Below, piece after piece: positions 17,982 through 27,524 of a stretch of 64,000 bases of DNA. Within the stretch, counting starts at the first letter, position 1. Each line of letters starts with the position of its first letter. Under the pieces are notes generated by a model that worked only from the letters and a program-made list of their open reading frames with translations, made no database searches and was not told the DNA's origin. Source of the DNA: Actinomycetota bacterium (GTDB lineage: Bacteria; Actinomycetota; Acidimicrobiia; Spongiisociales; ZC4RG35); contig JBKHKD010000012.1 in assembly GCA_046537785.1 (NCBI GenBank), positions 14,596-78,595 of the forward strand. Direction: 5' to 3'. A program made the position numbers and the translations under genes.

Positions 17982-20279
17982 TCAGGGGCTGATTGCGTCA
18001 GCAATTCGGCGCTCGAGATCTTCGACCCCGCCCTCATCAGCTCCACCCTCGCCCCCGACCACGTGAAACGAGTCGACGACGCCGCCCTCCCGGCTGTCCA
18101 ATTTCGCCAGGCGGATGTCGAGACCGCAGTCCTGGAATGCCGAGAGGATCTCGGACAGTCGGCCGATACGATCGGAGCACTCGACTGTGACGACGAGGTC
18201 GTCTGAGGCACTGTCGATCGAGGCGTGCGCCCGAGGCAACGGTCCCGGCGATGGCGGGTAAGCCGCTACCCGACTTGCCAGCTTGGCGCCGATGTCGATG
18301 CTCCCGTTGAGCACCTGTTCGAGATCGGACCGGAACGAGCTCCACTTCTCATCGTCGACGGGCCCCCGGGTGCGGTCATCCCTCACCTCGTAGGAATCGA
18401 CAACCAGGCCATCCTCCCTGGTGTGCATCCGGGCTTCCAGGACGTCGATCCCGTTCGCAGCCATCGCCTCAGCGACCAGTCGCCTGAACCCCGGTCGGCT
18501 CCTCCCGACAATCACCGCTGACGCCGCAGAATCACTCTTCCGGATGCTGGTGTTGGACCATCCCTGCATCGTCTCTACGAGTTCGTGATGCCATAGCACC
18601 TCTTCGGTGGTGAAACTTCGCAGATATTCCGAAGGCATCCCGTCCACGTGTCGAGCCAACCCGTCGGCTCGCGCTGAGCCCACCGCCTCCAGCACCTCCG
18701 TTCGGCTGGCACCGGCCGGCAGCGGACGATCGACACCGAATACCGCGGCACAACGTAGGAAGAGGGTGCGCAGGAGGGTCGCCTTCCACTCGCTCCACAC
18801 CGTGGCACCGGTTGCCCGCGAGTCGGCGACCGCCAACAGGTAGAGCACCTGGAGCAACCGGAGACTGTTGGCAGTCTCCGCGACTTCCTCGATCACCGCC
18901 GGATCGTCGATGTCCCGCCGGGTGGCTGCCATCGGCAGAAGCAGATGGAGGCGAACAGCACTCTCGATGAGTTCCACCCTGATCGGGTCGACACCCATGC
19001 GACCACAGAACTCGCGGGCTATGTCTGCCCCTACCGAGGCGTGATCACCGCCGCGACCCTTGCCGATGTCGTGGAGAAAAGACGCCAGCAAGAGCACAGG
19101 GATATCGTCGACCTCCGCTGCCACCCTTCCGTAGTGGCCGTCGTCTGCGATCAGGGCCTGCATCTCGTCACAGGTCCGCCATAGGTGCCCGCCCACCGGA
19201 TGTTCGTGAAATGGAGCAAGCTCCGGCAAGGATCGAACGGCCTCCCATTCGGGAAGCAGACGATCGAGATGACCGTTCTCGCGGAGGCGCTCCAACGCAT
19301 GCCGCCCTCTTTCACCCGTCTCCAGGATCCACATGAGCTCGTCGAGGGAGGGCTCGGCATCGGCCCCCAGAGGTGGCGGTCGTCCGATGAAGCGGGACCA
19401 GAGCCCGGACGGCTCATCCTCGACGACCTCAGGCCAGCGCCGCGACGCCTGCCGGTCGACGACCAGCATGGCGTCGACGAGCCGGTGCGCGGCGGTGAAC
19501 GGGTCGAGACCGAGCCATCGGGCCACCGGCTCTCTCAGATCGACAGAGAAGACGTCGTGGCCACGTCCGGTGACGGCGTGCAGCGCGTTGCGGGTTTGAA
19601 GAAGCACCTCTCTTGCCTCCTCAGACTCCTCCCAGGGACCCGGCGAGAAGCGGCCGATCAACTCCTCACGGCGACGCTCCCACTCGAAGCCGTGGATCGT
19701 GCGCAGGCCCCCACGACCTGCTTTCACATCCGGCTCCATCCGGAGGTACGGGTCGTTGTGACGTCGCTCCCTCTCCGCTGCTACGAGATGACGACGGAGG
19801 GGACGCGCCCTGGTGACCGAGGCGATTCTTTCCTTCAGTTGTCCGAGGAGCGCAGAGTCTCCGGCCACGAGGCGCCCGGACAGAAGGGTGGTGTGAGTTT
19901 CGACCTGTTCCCTCGCCGCGGCAGCTGCCTCATCGAGGGTCCGCACCGAATGTCCCACCCGCAGACCTGCGTCCCAGAGGGGCCGGAACAGGGTTGCGGC
20001 CAGACGCGACGGGTCGCCACCGCCATGGAGGAGCATGAGGTCGACATCTGAGTATGGGCTCAGCTCACCCCGGCCGTATCCCCCAATGGCCACAACCGCG
20101 ACATCGTCGGGGAACGATGCCGCGATCTCGCCGATCGCCCCATCCAGTGCCGCGGTGAGCGCCACACACACCTCGAGACCTCCGTCTCCCCGGCGCGCTT
20201 CACGCAGGGAGTCACGGAGGTCGAGGTATTGGTCGAGGGTATGAGGACCCGTTTCAGATGGCGTCGGCGCCTCGCTCAC
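17982..20279 (-). CDS. glnD: [Protein-PII] uridylyltransferase / uridylyl-removing enzyme
   Basis: Nucleotidyltransferase domain (…GGYGRGELSPYSDVDLMLL…), HD domain (…LHDIGKGRGGDHASVG…) and two C-terminal ACT domains. The track ORF starts at a TTG at 20318, which overlaps glnK. The GTG at 20279 avoids that overlap. Confidence 0.9.
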   Translation of the reverse strand: MSEAPTPSETGPHTLDQYLDLRDSLREARRGDGGLEVCVALTAALDGAIGEIAASFPDDVAVVAIGGYGRGELSPYSDVDLMLLHGGGDPSRLAATLFRPLWDAGLRVGHSVRTLDEAAAAAREQVETHTTLLSGRLVAGDSALLGQLKERIASVTRARPLRRHLVAAERERRHNDPYLRMEPDVKAGRGGLRTIHGFEWERRREELIGRFSPGPWEESEEAREVLLQTRNALHAVTGRGHDVFSVDLREPVARWLGLDPFTAAHRLVDAMLVVDRQASRRWPEVVEDEPSGLWSRFIGRPPPLGADAEPSLDELMWILETGERGRHALERLRENGHLDRLLPEWEAVRSLPELAPFHEHPVGGHLWRTCDEMQALIADDGHYGRVAAEVDDIPVLLLASFLHDIGKGRGGDHASVGADIAREFCGRMGVDPIRVELIESAVRLHLLLPMAATRRDIDDPAVIEEVAETANSLRLLQVLYLLAVADSRATGATVWSEWKATLLRTLFLRCAAVFGVDRPLPAGASRTEVLEAVGSARADGLARHVDGMPSEYLRSFTTEEVLWHHELVETMQGWSNTSIRKSDSAASAVIVGRSRPGFRRLVAEAMAANGIDVLEARMHTREDGLVVDSYEVRDDRTRGPVDDEKWSSFRSDLEQVLNGSIDIGAKLASRVAAYPPSPGPLPRAHASIDSASDDLVVTVECSDRIGRLSEILSAFQDCGLDIRLAKLDSREGGVVDSFHVVGGEGGADEGGVEDLERRIADAISP

Positions 20280-20592
20280 CTGTGCGAATCCGCACTGCGT
20301 CGTAGACCGAAAGCACAACGATCTTCCCGTCGCCTATCTCACCGGTGTGCCCCGCCTTCTCGATGGCGTCGACGGCGACCGTCGCCAGATCGTCGGTCAC
20401 CAGGACCTCCAATCTCACCTTCGGCACGAAGTCGACCTCGTACTCGGCCCCGCGATACACCTCCTTCTGCCCGGCCTGCCGGCCGAAACCGGAGATGTCG
20501 CTCACGGACATGCCAGACACCCCTACCGACTTGAGCGCCTCTCCTACCTGCTCCAGCTTGAAAGGCTTTATGTAGGCAATGATCAGTTTCAT
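20254..20592 (-). CDS. glnK: Nitrogen regulatory protein P-II
   Basis: MKLIIAYIKPFKLEQVGEALKSVGVSGMSVSDISGFGRQAG…, 112 aa; between amtB and glnD. Confidence 0.92.
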   Translation of the reverse strand: MKLIIAYIKPFKLEQVGEALKSVGVSGMSVSDISGFGRQAGQKEVYRGAEYEVDFVPKVRLEVLVTDDLATVAVDAIEKAGHTGEIGDGKIVVLSVYDAVRIRTGERGADAI

Positions 20593-22019
20593 TTGGAAGT
20601 CCCTTCTTCAGTGGCCGGTACTGCTTGCTTCGGCCCGGTCGTCCCACCGGAGGTGGGAGCGCCCGAGGCAGACAGAGCCGGATCGTGCCCGTAGCCCGGA
20701 GCACCATGTTCCTCGACGTCGAGCCCGGCGAGCTCCTCCTCGGGACTGACCCGCAGGCCGATGGTCGATTTGATGGCCAGGAACAACAGACCTGCTGCCA
20801 CCGTGACGAACACGAAGTGCACGACAACGAAGATCAACTGTGTCCACATTTGGTCGAGGCCACCTCCATAGAAGAGCCCGGCGTTCTCGCGACCGAGGAA
20901 AGCGTCGTCGTACACAGCGAACAACGCTATGGATAGCGTTCCCCAAGTACCTACGACGCCGTGCACGGAGATGGCACCGACCGGATCGTCGATCTTCAAT
21001 CTGTCGAACATCGCCACCGAGTAGACCACGATCAGGCCACCGACGGCGCCGATGACAATCGCAGCCCAGGTCGCGACGGCGCCGACGGGCGCCGTTATGG
21101 CCACCAGACCGGCCAGGAGACCGTTGGCGGCGATGGACACGTCGGGCTTTCCGTCCCTGCTCCAGTTCACGATCATTGCCGTTACCGCGCCTGCCGCGGC
21201 GGCGAGCAGCGTCTTGAGAGCGATCCCTGGGACGAACTCGTCTGCTGCGAGCTCGGAGCCGGGGTTGAACCCGAACCAGCCGATGAACAGGATCATGGCG
21301 CCAAGAACGACGAAGGGCATCGAGTGGCCCGGTATCGCCCGTGGCCTTCCATTCTTGCCGTACTTCCCGATGCGGGGCCCGAGGACGATGGCCCCCATCA
21401 TCGCCGCCCAGCCCCCGGTGGCATGGACGATCGTCGAACCGGCGAAGTCGGAGAACGGGAACTCGAGCTGGGCAAGCCAGCCTTCGCCCCAGGTCCAACG
21501 CAGCACGATCGGGTAGATCAGCGCGGTGAGGAAGAAGCTGTACACGAAGTAGCTCTTGAACTTCGTCCGTTCCGCCATCGCTCCCGAGACGATCGTCGCC
21601 GCGGTGGCCGCGAACGCCGCCTGGAAGAAGAAGAACGTCGCGGGCATGAGCCCCTCACCTCCGGTGTCCTCCACTCCGGCTATCCCGAGATCGAATCCGA
21701 ACCAACCGCCGAGCAGGTTCTCTCCGCCGAAGGCGATGCCATAGCCCACCAGGGCAAAGGCGAGCACGCCCGCCGACATGTCCATCAGGTTCTTCATCAT
21801 GATGTTCGAGACGTTCTTGCCCCGGGTGAGGCCCGCCTCTACCAGCGCGAAGCCCGCCTGCATGAAGAAGACGAGGACGCCGGCCAGGAAGATCCAAAGG
21901 TTGTCCAGCACGAACTGCGTCGCAGGTTCCTCCTGGGCCATCGCCGGGCTGGCCATCACCAGGACCAGCAGCGCGCCCAGGGCGGTGCCGATCAACAGTT
22001 TTCGCTTTGCTCTCTCCAC
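20589..22019 (-). CDS. amtB: Ammonium transporter (Amt family) with a signal peptide
   Basis: 476 aa with 11-12 TM segments and Amt signature regions (…FFMQAGFALVEAG…). 4-bp overlap with glnK. Confidence 0.92.
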   Translation of the reverse strand: MERAKRKLLIGTALGALLVLVMASPAMAQEEPATQFVLDNLWIFLAGVLVFFMQAGFALVEAGLTRGKNVSNIMMKNLMDMSAGVLAFALVGYGIAFGGENLLGGWFGFDLGIAGVEDTGGEGLMPATFFFFQAAFAATAATIVSGAMAERTKFKSYFVYSFFLTALIYPIVLRWTWGEGWLAQLEFPFSDFAGSTIVHATGGWAAMMGAIVLGPRIGKYGKNGRPRAIPGHSMPFVVLGAMILFIGWFGFNPGSELAADEFVPGIALKTLLAAAAGAVTAMIVNWSRDGKPDVSIAANGLLAGLVAITAPVGAVATWAAIVIGAVGGLIVVYSVAMFDRLKIDDPVGAISVHGVVGTWGTLSIALFAVYDDAFLGRENAGLFYGGGLDQMWTQLIFVVVHFVFVTVAAGLLFLAIKSTIGLRVSPEEELAGLDVEEHGAPGYGHDPALSASGAPTSGGTTGPKQAVPATEEGTSK

Positions 22020-22085
22020 TGTCTGCCTCCTCCATCGCCGCCCGAAACACGCGCGGCCGGACTCGCTCTATTGATGGAGAGAGAA

Positions 22086-22115
22086 CGTACGGGGAGAACG
22101 TTTCGGCTCTGTTAC
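22086..22115 (-). promoter_or_regulatory. GlnR-box-like site upstream of amtB-glnK-glnD
   Basis: In amtB orientation the sequence reads GTAAC-agagcc-GAAAC-gttctcccc-GTACG. That is a perfect a-site, 6-nt spacer and b-site, followed by a degenerate second half, 67-96 bp upstream of the amtB start. Confidence 0.35.
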
Positions 22116-22133
22116 AGGCAGATAACGAGCTTG

Positions 22134-22931
22134 TCAGCGTCCCATCCAGCGGGGATCGCGCTTTTCGAGGAAGGCGGTCACGCCCTCGGCAACGTCCTCG
22201 GTGCCGAGAGCGATTGCCTGTGACTGGCCTTCCCAGTTGAGCGACTCCTCGAAGCTCGACTCGAATGAGGCATCGAGCCCCTGCTTGGCGAACATCTGCC
22301 CGATCGGCGCACCCGACATGAAAGAGCCGGCCAGCTCTTCCACCCGATCTCGCAACGAAGACGTGGGCACGACATCCATGGCGATGCCCAACCTCATCGC
22401 CTCCTCGGCCTCGACGAACCGGCCGGACAAGGCCAGCTCCTTGGCGCGCTGCAAGCCGACGACGCGGGGCAAGAGCCAGGTTCCCCCAAAGTCCACGGTG
22501 AGCCCGCGGCGAACGAATATCTCCGAAAACCTGGCCCGATCGGTGGCGATAACCACATCACAACCCAGGGCTAGATTCATTCCTGCTCCCACGGCCACAC
22601 CGTCGACGGCGGCGATCGTCGGTTTGGTGACACGGTGCAGCGCCGTCGCCGCCCTGGCAACCATCTTCATGCGACGGTGGGCGTCCCCGGTCGACAGCCC
22701 TCCCGCAAACTGTTCCGGATCGAGATCGGCCCCGGCGCAGAAGTCTCCTCCGGCACCGGTGACCACCAGAACCCGGTCGTCACTCTCGTCGAAATCGGAG
22801 AAAGCAGCGGTCAGCGTCGGATAGCCGTCCGCGGGGATGGCGTTCTTGCGCTCGGGCCGGTCGATGGTCAGCCAGCGGATACCGTCGCTGCTCTCGCTCT
22901 TCAGCCAGGTCACAGGAGAGACAGTAGACAC
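22134..22931 (-). CDS. Enoyl-CoA hydratase/isomerase (crotonase) family protein
   Basis: …LVVTGAGGDFCAGADL… oxyanion-hole motif; 265 aa. Confidence 0.85.
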   Translation of the reverse strand: MSTVSPVTWLKSESSDGIRWLTIDRPERKNAIPADGYPTLTAAFSDFDESDDRVLVVTGAGGDFCAGADLDPEQFAGGLSTGDAHRRMKMVARAATALHRVTKPTIAAVDGVAVGAGMNLALGCDVVIATDRARFSEIFVRRGLTVDFGGTWLLPRVVGLQRAKELALSGRFVEAEEAMRLGIAMDVVPTSSLRDRVEELAGSFMSGAPIGQMFAKQGLDASFESSFEESLNWEGQSQAIALGTEDVAEGVTAFLEKRDPRWMGR

Positions 22932-23049
22932 GAGCGGGAGATGGTTACCGTCTCGGTGTGGGTTTCAATCCGTTTCGCGAGCATCAGAAGTCGGCAGTGG
23001 ACATAGCCATGGTCGTCGTGGCCGTGCTTGCCATGCTGGCGGTCATCGC

Positions 23050-23265
23050 ATGGGCGATCTTCGCGGGCTGACGGTCGCTCCCATTCAGCCCTATCAGGCG
23101 GTGAAGGAGTATCTCTGTCCCGGTTGCAACAACACGATCCCTCCCGGCACCTTCCATGTCGTGGTCATCCCCGAGGACGAAGTGGACATGCGACGACACT
23201 GGCACCACGGGTGCTGGCACAAGGAGATGCGGCGTCGCTATGGAGCTCAGGCGTCGCGACGCTGA
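23050..23265 (+). CDS. Small (~71 aa) Cys/His-rich putative zinc-ribbon protein; a possible 20-aa hydrophobic micro-ORF lies upstream at 23009-23071
   Basis: MGDLRGLTVAPIQPYQAVKEYLCPGCNNTIPPGTFHVVVIPEDEVDMRRHWHHGCWHKEMRRRYG, with CPGC…HHGCWH as possible Zn ligands. The preceding overlapping frame encodes MVVVAVLAMLAVIAWAIFAG. No family could be assigned from memory. Confidence 0.35.
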   Translation: MGDLRGLTVAPIQPYQAVKEYLCPGCNNTIPPGTFHVVVIPEDEVDMRRHWHHGCWHKEMRRRYGAQASRR

Positions 23266-24014
23266 AGGCCCCACCAGGTGAGACCCAACCCGACGACGGT
23301 CCAGACGGCGATGATGGTAAGCCGATACCATGCCTCGAGCCCTCCGCCCGGCACCAGGCTGGCAAACCCGCCACCACCGAAGTCGACAACGAACAAGGCT
23401 GTGGAGGCCGCGGTGAGGGAGACGTTCTCCCAGGGCCCCCAGAGTGCAAGGAAGCTCTCCGCGAAGTAGATGGCGAGCCCAGCGCCGATCGCCGGGCCCA
23501 CGGAACGGAGCACTGCAACGGCAGCGGTGCCCAGTGAGGTCCAGGCGATGGCGATGAGCAGCGACTTCCACACGACTCCGAAGAGATCCCCGGCCTCCAT
23601 GAATCCCTCGCCGGGGGCAAACAAGATCGCGAGCACGACCCAGAACCCGAAGGCGATCAGGAAGGCGATCACCGTCGCCACCGAGTAGGTGCCGAATCGG
23701 GCGAGGATCTGAGCCGGTTTGCGCGAATCCCGTGTCAGCGACGTAGCCCAAACCGTCGAGCCCAACTCACCTCCTAGCAGAACGACGGCGAGGATCAGCG
23801 GGAACCAGAACTGAGTGGCGGCCTGTTGCGCCCCCACCTCATAGACCTGAGGCTTCGCCAGTACGGGCAGATCCTCGGCGATGTCAGGGGCGATCTCTCC
23901 AAAGACGATGAGAAAGAAGGCACCCAGGCCGACAAAGATCACCAGTAACAGGGTCATCACCGGGAACAGCTTGCGACGGCTGATCTTGCGGTATTCGGCG
24001 CGGATAAGGCTCAT
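23247..24014 (-). CDS. ABC-2 type transporter permease
   Basis: 255 aa with 6 predicted TM segments; 4-bp overlap with the upstream ATPase gene. Confidence 0.8.
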   Translation of the reverse strand: MSLIRAEYRKISRRKLFPVMTLLLVIFVGLGAFFLIVFGEIAPDIAEDLPVLAKPQVYEVGAQQAATQFWFPLILAVVLLGGELGSTVWATSLTRDSRKPAQILARFGTYSVATVIAFLIAFGFWVVLAILFAPGEGFMEAGDLFGVVWKSLLIAIAWTSLGTAAVAVLRSVGPAIGAGLAIYFAESFLALWGPWENVSLTAASTALFVVDFGGGGFASLVPGGGLEAWYRLTIIAVWTVVGLGLTWWGLQRRDA

Positions 24015-24946
24015 CGGACCACGGTCCCCGTCAGCCCGAGGAACACAGATTCGAGTGTGCTCCGCTCGAGTCGCACCTCTTCGGGATAGATGCCGGCTTT
24101 GGCCAGTGTCTCGATGATCCTGGCTCCTTCCGCCGAAGCGACCACCAGCCCCACATCGTCGCTGTTCACCTCGTAACCGGCCGAGGTCAAGGTCTCTGCC
24201 GCCCTTTCGACGTCAGTCACCCGAACCCGTGTACTTCCCCCGCCGAGTAGCGTGTCGAGCGGGCCTTCGGTCACGAGGCGTCCTTCGTCGATTACGATCA
24301 CATAATCGGCCAGGGCTTCCACGTCGGCCAGGTCGTGGCTGGAGATCACGACACTCCTGCCTTCGGTAGCCAAGTCCTTGAGCCTCGCCCTGAAGGCATG
24401 CTGACCCGCTGGGTCGAGACCGTCCAATGGCTCATCGAGGATCAACAACTCCGGGTCACCCAGCATCGCAGCCGCCAAAGCGAGACGTTGGCGCATGCCC
24501 TTGGAGTATTCGCCCACCTTGCGGTGAGCGTCAGACATCAGGCCGACAAAGTCGAGCAGTTCCTCGATGCGGTGATGCCCGAAACCGAGCGTGTCCGCAG
24601 CGACAGCCAGGTTGACTCTCCCGTTGAGGGATTTGATGAGGCCGGGCTCCTCCACGATGACGCCTACCTTCTTGACGACTTCGGAGAGTTTCGAGGGCAC
24701 GGGAATCCCGAGTACCTCGATCTCCCCCGCATTCGGTTTGGTCAGGCCGAGTATCGCCCTGAAGGTGGTGGTCTTGCCGGCCCCGTTGGGGCCGAGAAAC
24801 CCGGTCAGCTGCCCCTTTGGAACCTCAAAGTCGAGACCCTGGAGCGCGTGGGTAGGGCCGTAGCGCTTGTGGAGACCCTGAACCCGGATGGCAGGAAATC
24901 CGGTGGACATCGACGACACCTTAGAAATTGCCCTCTTCGCCGCCAA
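24011..24946 (-). CDS. ABC transporter ATP-binding protein
   Basis: Walker A GPNGAGKTTTFRAILGL, signature and Walker B (LLILDEP), and a C-terminal accessory domain. Confidence 0.9.
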   Translation of the reverse strand: MAAKRAISKVSSMSTGFPAIRVQGLHKRYGPTHALQGLDFEVPKGQLTGFLGPNGAGKTTTFRAILGLTKPNAGEIEVLGIPVPSKLSEVVKKVGVIVEEPGLIKSLNGRVNLAVAADTLGFGHHRIEELLDFVGLMSDAHRKVGEYSKGMRQRLALAAAMLGDPELLILDEPLDGLDPAGQHAFRARLKDLATEGRSVVISSHDLADVEALADYVIVIDEGRLVTEGPLDTLLGGGSTRVRVTDVERAAETLTSAGYEVNSDDVGLVVASAEGARIIETLAKAGIYPEEVRLERSTLESVFLGLTGTVVR

Positions 24947-24949
24947 TTC

Positions 24950-25249
24950 TCACCCAGGGAGCCAGTGGACCTCCACACCCCAGGGACGAAAACCGACCCC
25001 GAGGAAATCGACCCGGGAGACACCGGCCTTGCCGGCCAGCCGTCTCACATGACTTCGCTTGGCCATGTCCACGGCGTCGATCGGGTCGCCTTCACCAGTG
25101 ACTGCCCTGACCTCGACGGCCACCGTCTGGCCTCCATCCGCCATGAGCAGGTCGATTTCCCCGCCATCCATGTCCACGTTTCGCCCCAGAGGAATGAGGC
25201 CCTGTTCGGCGAGCCACCACGCGGCGAGCCGTTCCCCGGCGTTTCCCAC
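24950..25249 (-). CDS. yraN: YraN/UPF0102 family endonuclease
   Basis: …GERLAAWWLAEQGLIPLGRNVDMDGGEIDLLMADGGQTVAVEVRAV… matches the UPF0102 pattern. The conserved neighbour order is comM, then yraN, then DUF2469. Confidence 0.78.
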   Translation of the reverse strand: MGNAGERLAAWWLAEQGLIPLGRNVDMDGGEIDLLMADGGQTVAVEVRAVTGEGDPIDAVDMAKRSHVRRLAGKAGVSRVDFLGVGFRPWGVEVHWLPG

Positions 25250-25266
25250 CAGGGCCCGGGTCTCGC

Positions 25267-25563
25267 TCAGAGACTCAACTCCGTCTTCTCGAGTTTCTCG
25301 ACGTTGACGTCGCGGAAGGTAAGGACTTGAACCTGTTCGAGAAACCGGGCGGGACGGAACATGTCCCAGACCCAGGCATCCTTCATGACCACTTCGAAGT
25401 ACATGGAGCCGTTGGCGTCCTTGACCTCGACGTCCACTTTGTTGGCCAGATAGAAGCGGCGCTCGGTCTCCACGACATATTCGAACATCGGGAGGACGTC
25501 GTGGTACTCCTTGTAGAGCTTGAGCTCAACCTCGGTCTCGTAGCGCTCCAGGTCTTCGTCCAT
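25267..25563 (-). CDS. DUF2469 family protein (Rv2901c-like)
   Basis: 98 aa: MDEDLERYETEVELKLYKEYHDVLPMFEYVVETERRFYLANKVDVEV… The upstream part of the 213-aa track ORF is low-complexity run-on. Confidence 0.78.
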   Translation of the reverse strand: MDEDLERYETEVELKLYKEYHDVLPMFEYVVETERRFYLANKVDVEVKDANGSMYFEVVMKDAWVWDMFRPARFLEQVQVLTFRDVNVEKLEKTELSL

Positions 25564-25657
25564 CTTCTCCTCGACTCTCACTGCTGCGGCGTTCGGCGAT
25601 GGTATCCCTCGTATGAAGTAACACCTACCGGAATCGGGAGACCTTTTCCAGGGATCC

Positions 25658-26299
25658 CTACAGAGCGCCGAAATTGGAGATTGGCCAGATGACCACAAAG
25701 GCACGTCCGATGAGGGCGTCGAAGTCGATATTGCCAAATCTGCGGCTGTCAAAGCTGAACTCACGATTGTCCCCCATGACGAAGACCTGGTCCTCGTCGA
25801 CCTCGAAAGGGCCAGCATCTGGCATGTCGACGTCCGGATCGAGATAGGGCTCCGATATCGGCACGCCGTCGATGTGGACCTGGTCGTTCTCGATGGTGAC
25901 GGTCTCACCGGGGAGCCCGATGATGCGCTTGATCAGGTCCTCGTGCCCTCTGGTGCGGATACCGACCGCTTCCAGAACCGAGCGGATCACAGCCTCGGGG
26001 ATCGACTCCTCGGTCTCCGGTTCGGCCGGATCTCGAAACACGACGACATCACCACGCTCGGGTTCCCCGAGGTCGTAAGCGAGCTTGTTCACCATCACCC
26101 GGTCGTTGATATGGATGGTGTCGAGCATTGACTCGGACGGAATCCAGAACGGCTGGACGAGAAAGGTCTTGATCAGCACCGCGATGACGAGAGCGGTGAG
26201 CAGCAGACCGGGGAGCTCCGCCCAGAAAGACCTCTTCTTCGGCTTCTCCTCCTCCCCGCTGGGACGAGGTTCAGGAACGGGGTCCTGGGTGGATCCCAC
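25658..26299 (-). CDS. lepB: Signal peptidase I
   Basis: TM anchor, catalytic SESM motif (…IPSESMLDTI…), and …GDNREFSFDSRRFG…. Confidence 0.9.
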   Translation of the reverse strand: MGSTQDPVPEPRPSGEEEKPKKRSFWAELPGLLLTALVIAVLIKTFLVQPFWIPSESMLDTIHINDRVMVNKLAYDLGEPERGDVVVFRDPAEPETEESIPEAVIRSVLEAVGIRTRGHEDLIKRIIGLPGETVTIENDQVHIDGVPISEPYLDPDVDMPDAGPFEVDEDQVFVMGDNREFSFDSRRFGNIDFDALIGRAFVVIWPISNFGAL

Positions 26300-26325
26300 G
26301 AGATGACGGCCGCGTGATCCGGTGT

Positions 26326-26670
26326 TCAGTCCCGTAGCTCCTTGATGCGGGCGGCCTTGCCGGCCCGATCACGGAGGTAATAGAGCTTGGACCGCCGAAC
26401 GTCACCCTTGCGGACAACCTCGATCTTGGAGATGATCGGAGCGTGGAGGGGGAAGACCCTCTCCACACCAACTCCGAAGCTCACCTTGCGAACAGTGAAC
26501 GAGGCCCGGGGGCCGCTTCCGTTGCGGGCGAGAACGACACCCTCGAATACCTGGATGCGCTCACGACCCCCCTCCACCACCCGGACATGTACCTTGACAC
26601 TGTCACCGGCCCGGAAATCGGGGATGTCGTCCCGAACATGCGCGGTCTCTACTGCTTGAAGATCGTTCAT
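26326..26670 (-). CDS. rplS: 50S ribosomal protein L19
   Basis: 114 aa, …[25 protein letters not shown]…. Confidence 0.95.
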   Translation of the reverse strand: MNDLQAVETAHVRDDIPDFRAGDSVKVHVRVVEGGRERIQVFEGVVLARNGSGPRASFTVRKVSFGVGVERVFPLHAPIISKIEVVRKGDVRRSKLYYLRDRAGKAARIKELRD

Positions 26671-26730
26671 GGAGAGCTCCTAGAAACAACCGGGAGAGAT
26701 AGGGGCTGGGTCCCGGACGCACAGATTGTA

Positions 26731-27414
26731 TCAGCTCTCCGATTCCTCGCCATTCGACAACAAGTCGGGACGTCGCTCTCTGGTCCTCTGCATTCGCTGC
26801 TCGGCGCGCCACTCGGCGATTCTCCCATGGTCGCCGCTCAACAGGATCTCGGGCACCCGTGCTCCCTCGAAATTTGCCGGACGCGTGTACACAGGCTCCT
26901 CGAGAAGGCCGTCCCGGAACGACTCACTCTCGGTCGACGCGGGGTTTCCCACGACGCCCGGCAGAAGCCGCGCAACCCCCTCGATGGCTGCCGCCGCGGC
27001 CACCTCTCCCCCGGCCAACACGTAATCACCGAGACTGACCTCCTGATCGATGAAACCGTCGATGGCCCGCTGGTCTACTCCCTCGAAACGGCCGCAGACG
27101 AATGTGATCTCATCCATCTGCGCCCAGTCGTCGAGGGTCGCTTGGGTCATGGGGTCGCCCGACGGGGTGAAGAGGACCCGATGGGTTTCCGAGAATGGTT
27201 CCAGGGCTCGAGCCAGCGGCTCGACCATCATCACCATCCCCGGCCCACCCCCGAAAGGGGTGTCGTCGAGCTGGCGGTGTCTGCCGATGCCGTGCTCTCT
27301 CAGGTCGTGGACATCGACAGTGAGCGCGCCGTCCTCGATGGCCCGACCCACGATCGAGGTCTGCAAGGGGCCATCGAAGTACCCGGGGAACATGGTGACC
27401 ACGTTGATCCTCAC
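26731..27414 (-). CDS. trmD: tRNA (guanine37-N1)-methyltransferase
   Basis: (V)RINVVTMFPGYFDGPLQTSIVGRA… SPOUT-fold TrmD. The GTG at 27414 gives a 227-aa protein. The track ORF adds 33 atypical residues. Confidence 0.9.
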   Translation of the reverse strand: MRINVVTMFPGYFDGPLQTSIVGRAIEDGALTVDVHDLREHGIGRHRQLDDTPFGGGPGMVMMVEPLARALEPFSETHRVLFTPSGDPMTQATLDDWAQMDEITFVCGRFEGVDQRAIDGFIDQEVSLGDYVLAGGEVAAAAAIEGVARLLPGVVGNPASTESESFRDGLLEEPVYTRPANFEGARVPEILLSGDHGRIAEWRAEQRMQRTRERRPDLLSNGEESES

Positions 27415-27524
27415 CCGGCCAGGGTAGGACGTTGCGGCTAACCCGGACTCTCCACGAGATCGCCATGCCCTGGTAAGCCCGTGATAGGTAAGCGGGCGGT
27501 GGCGGTTGGTCATACTCTTCGGGT

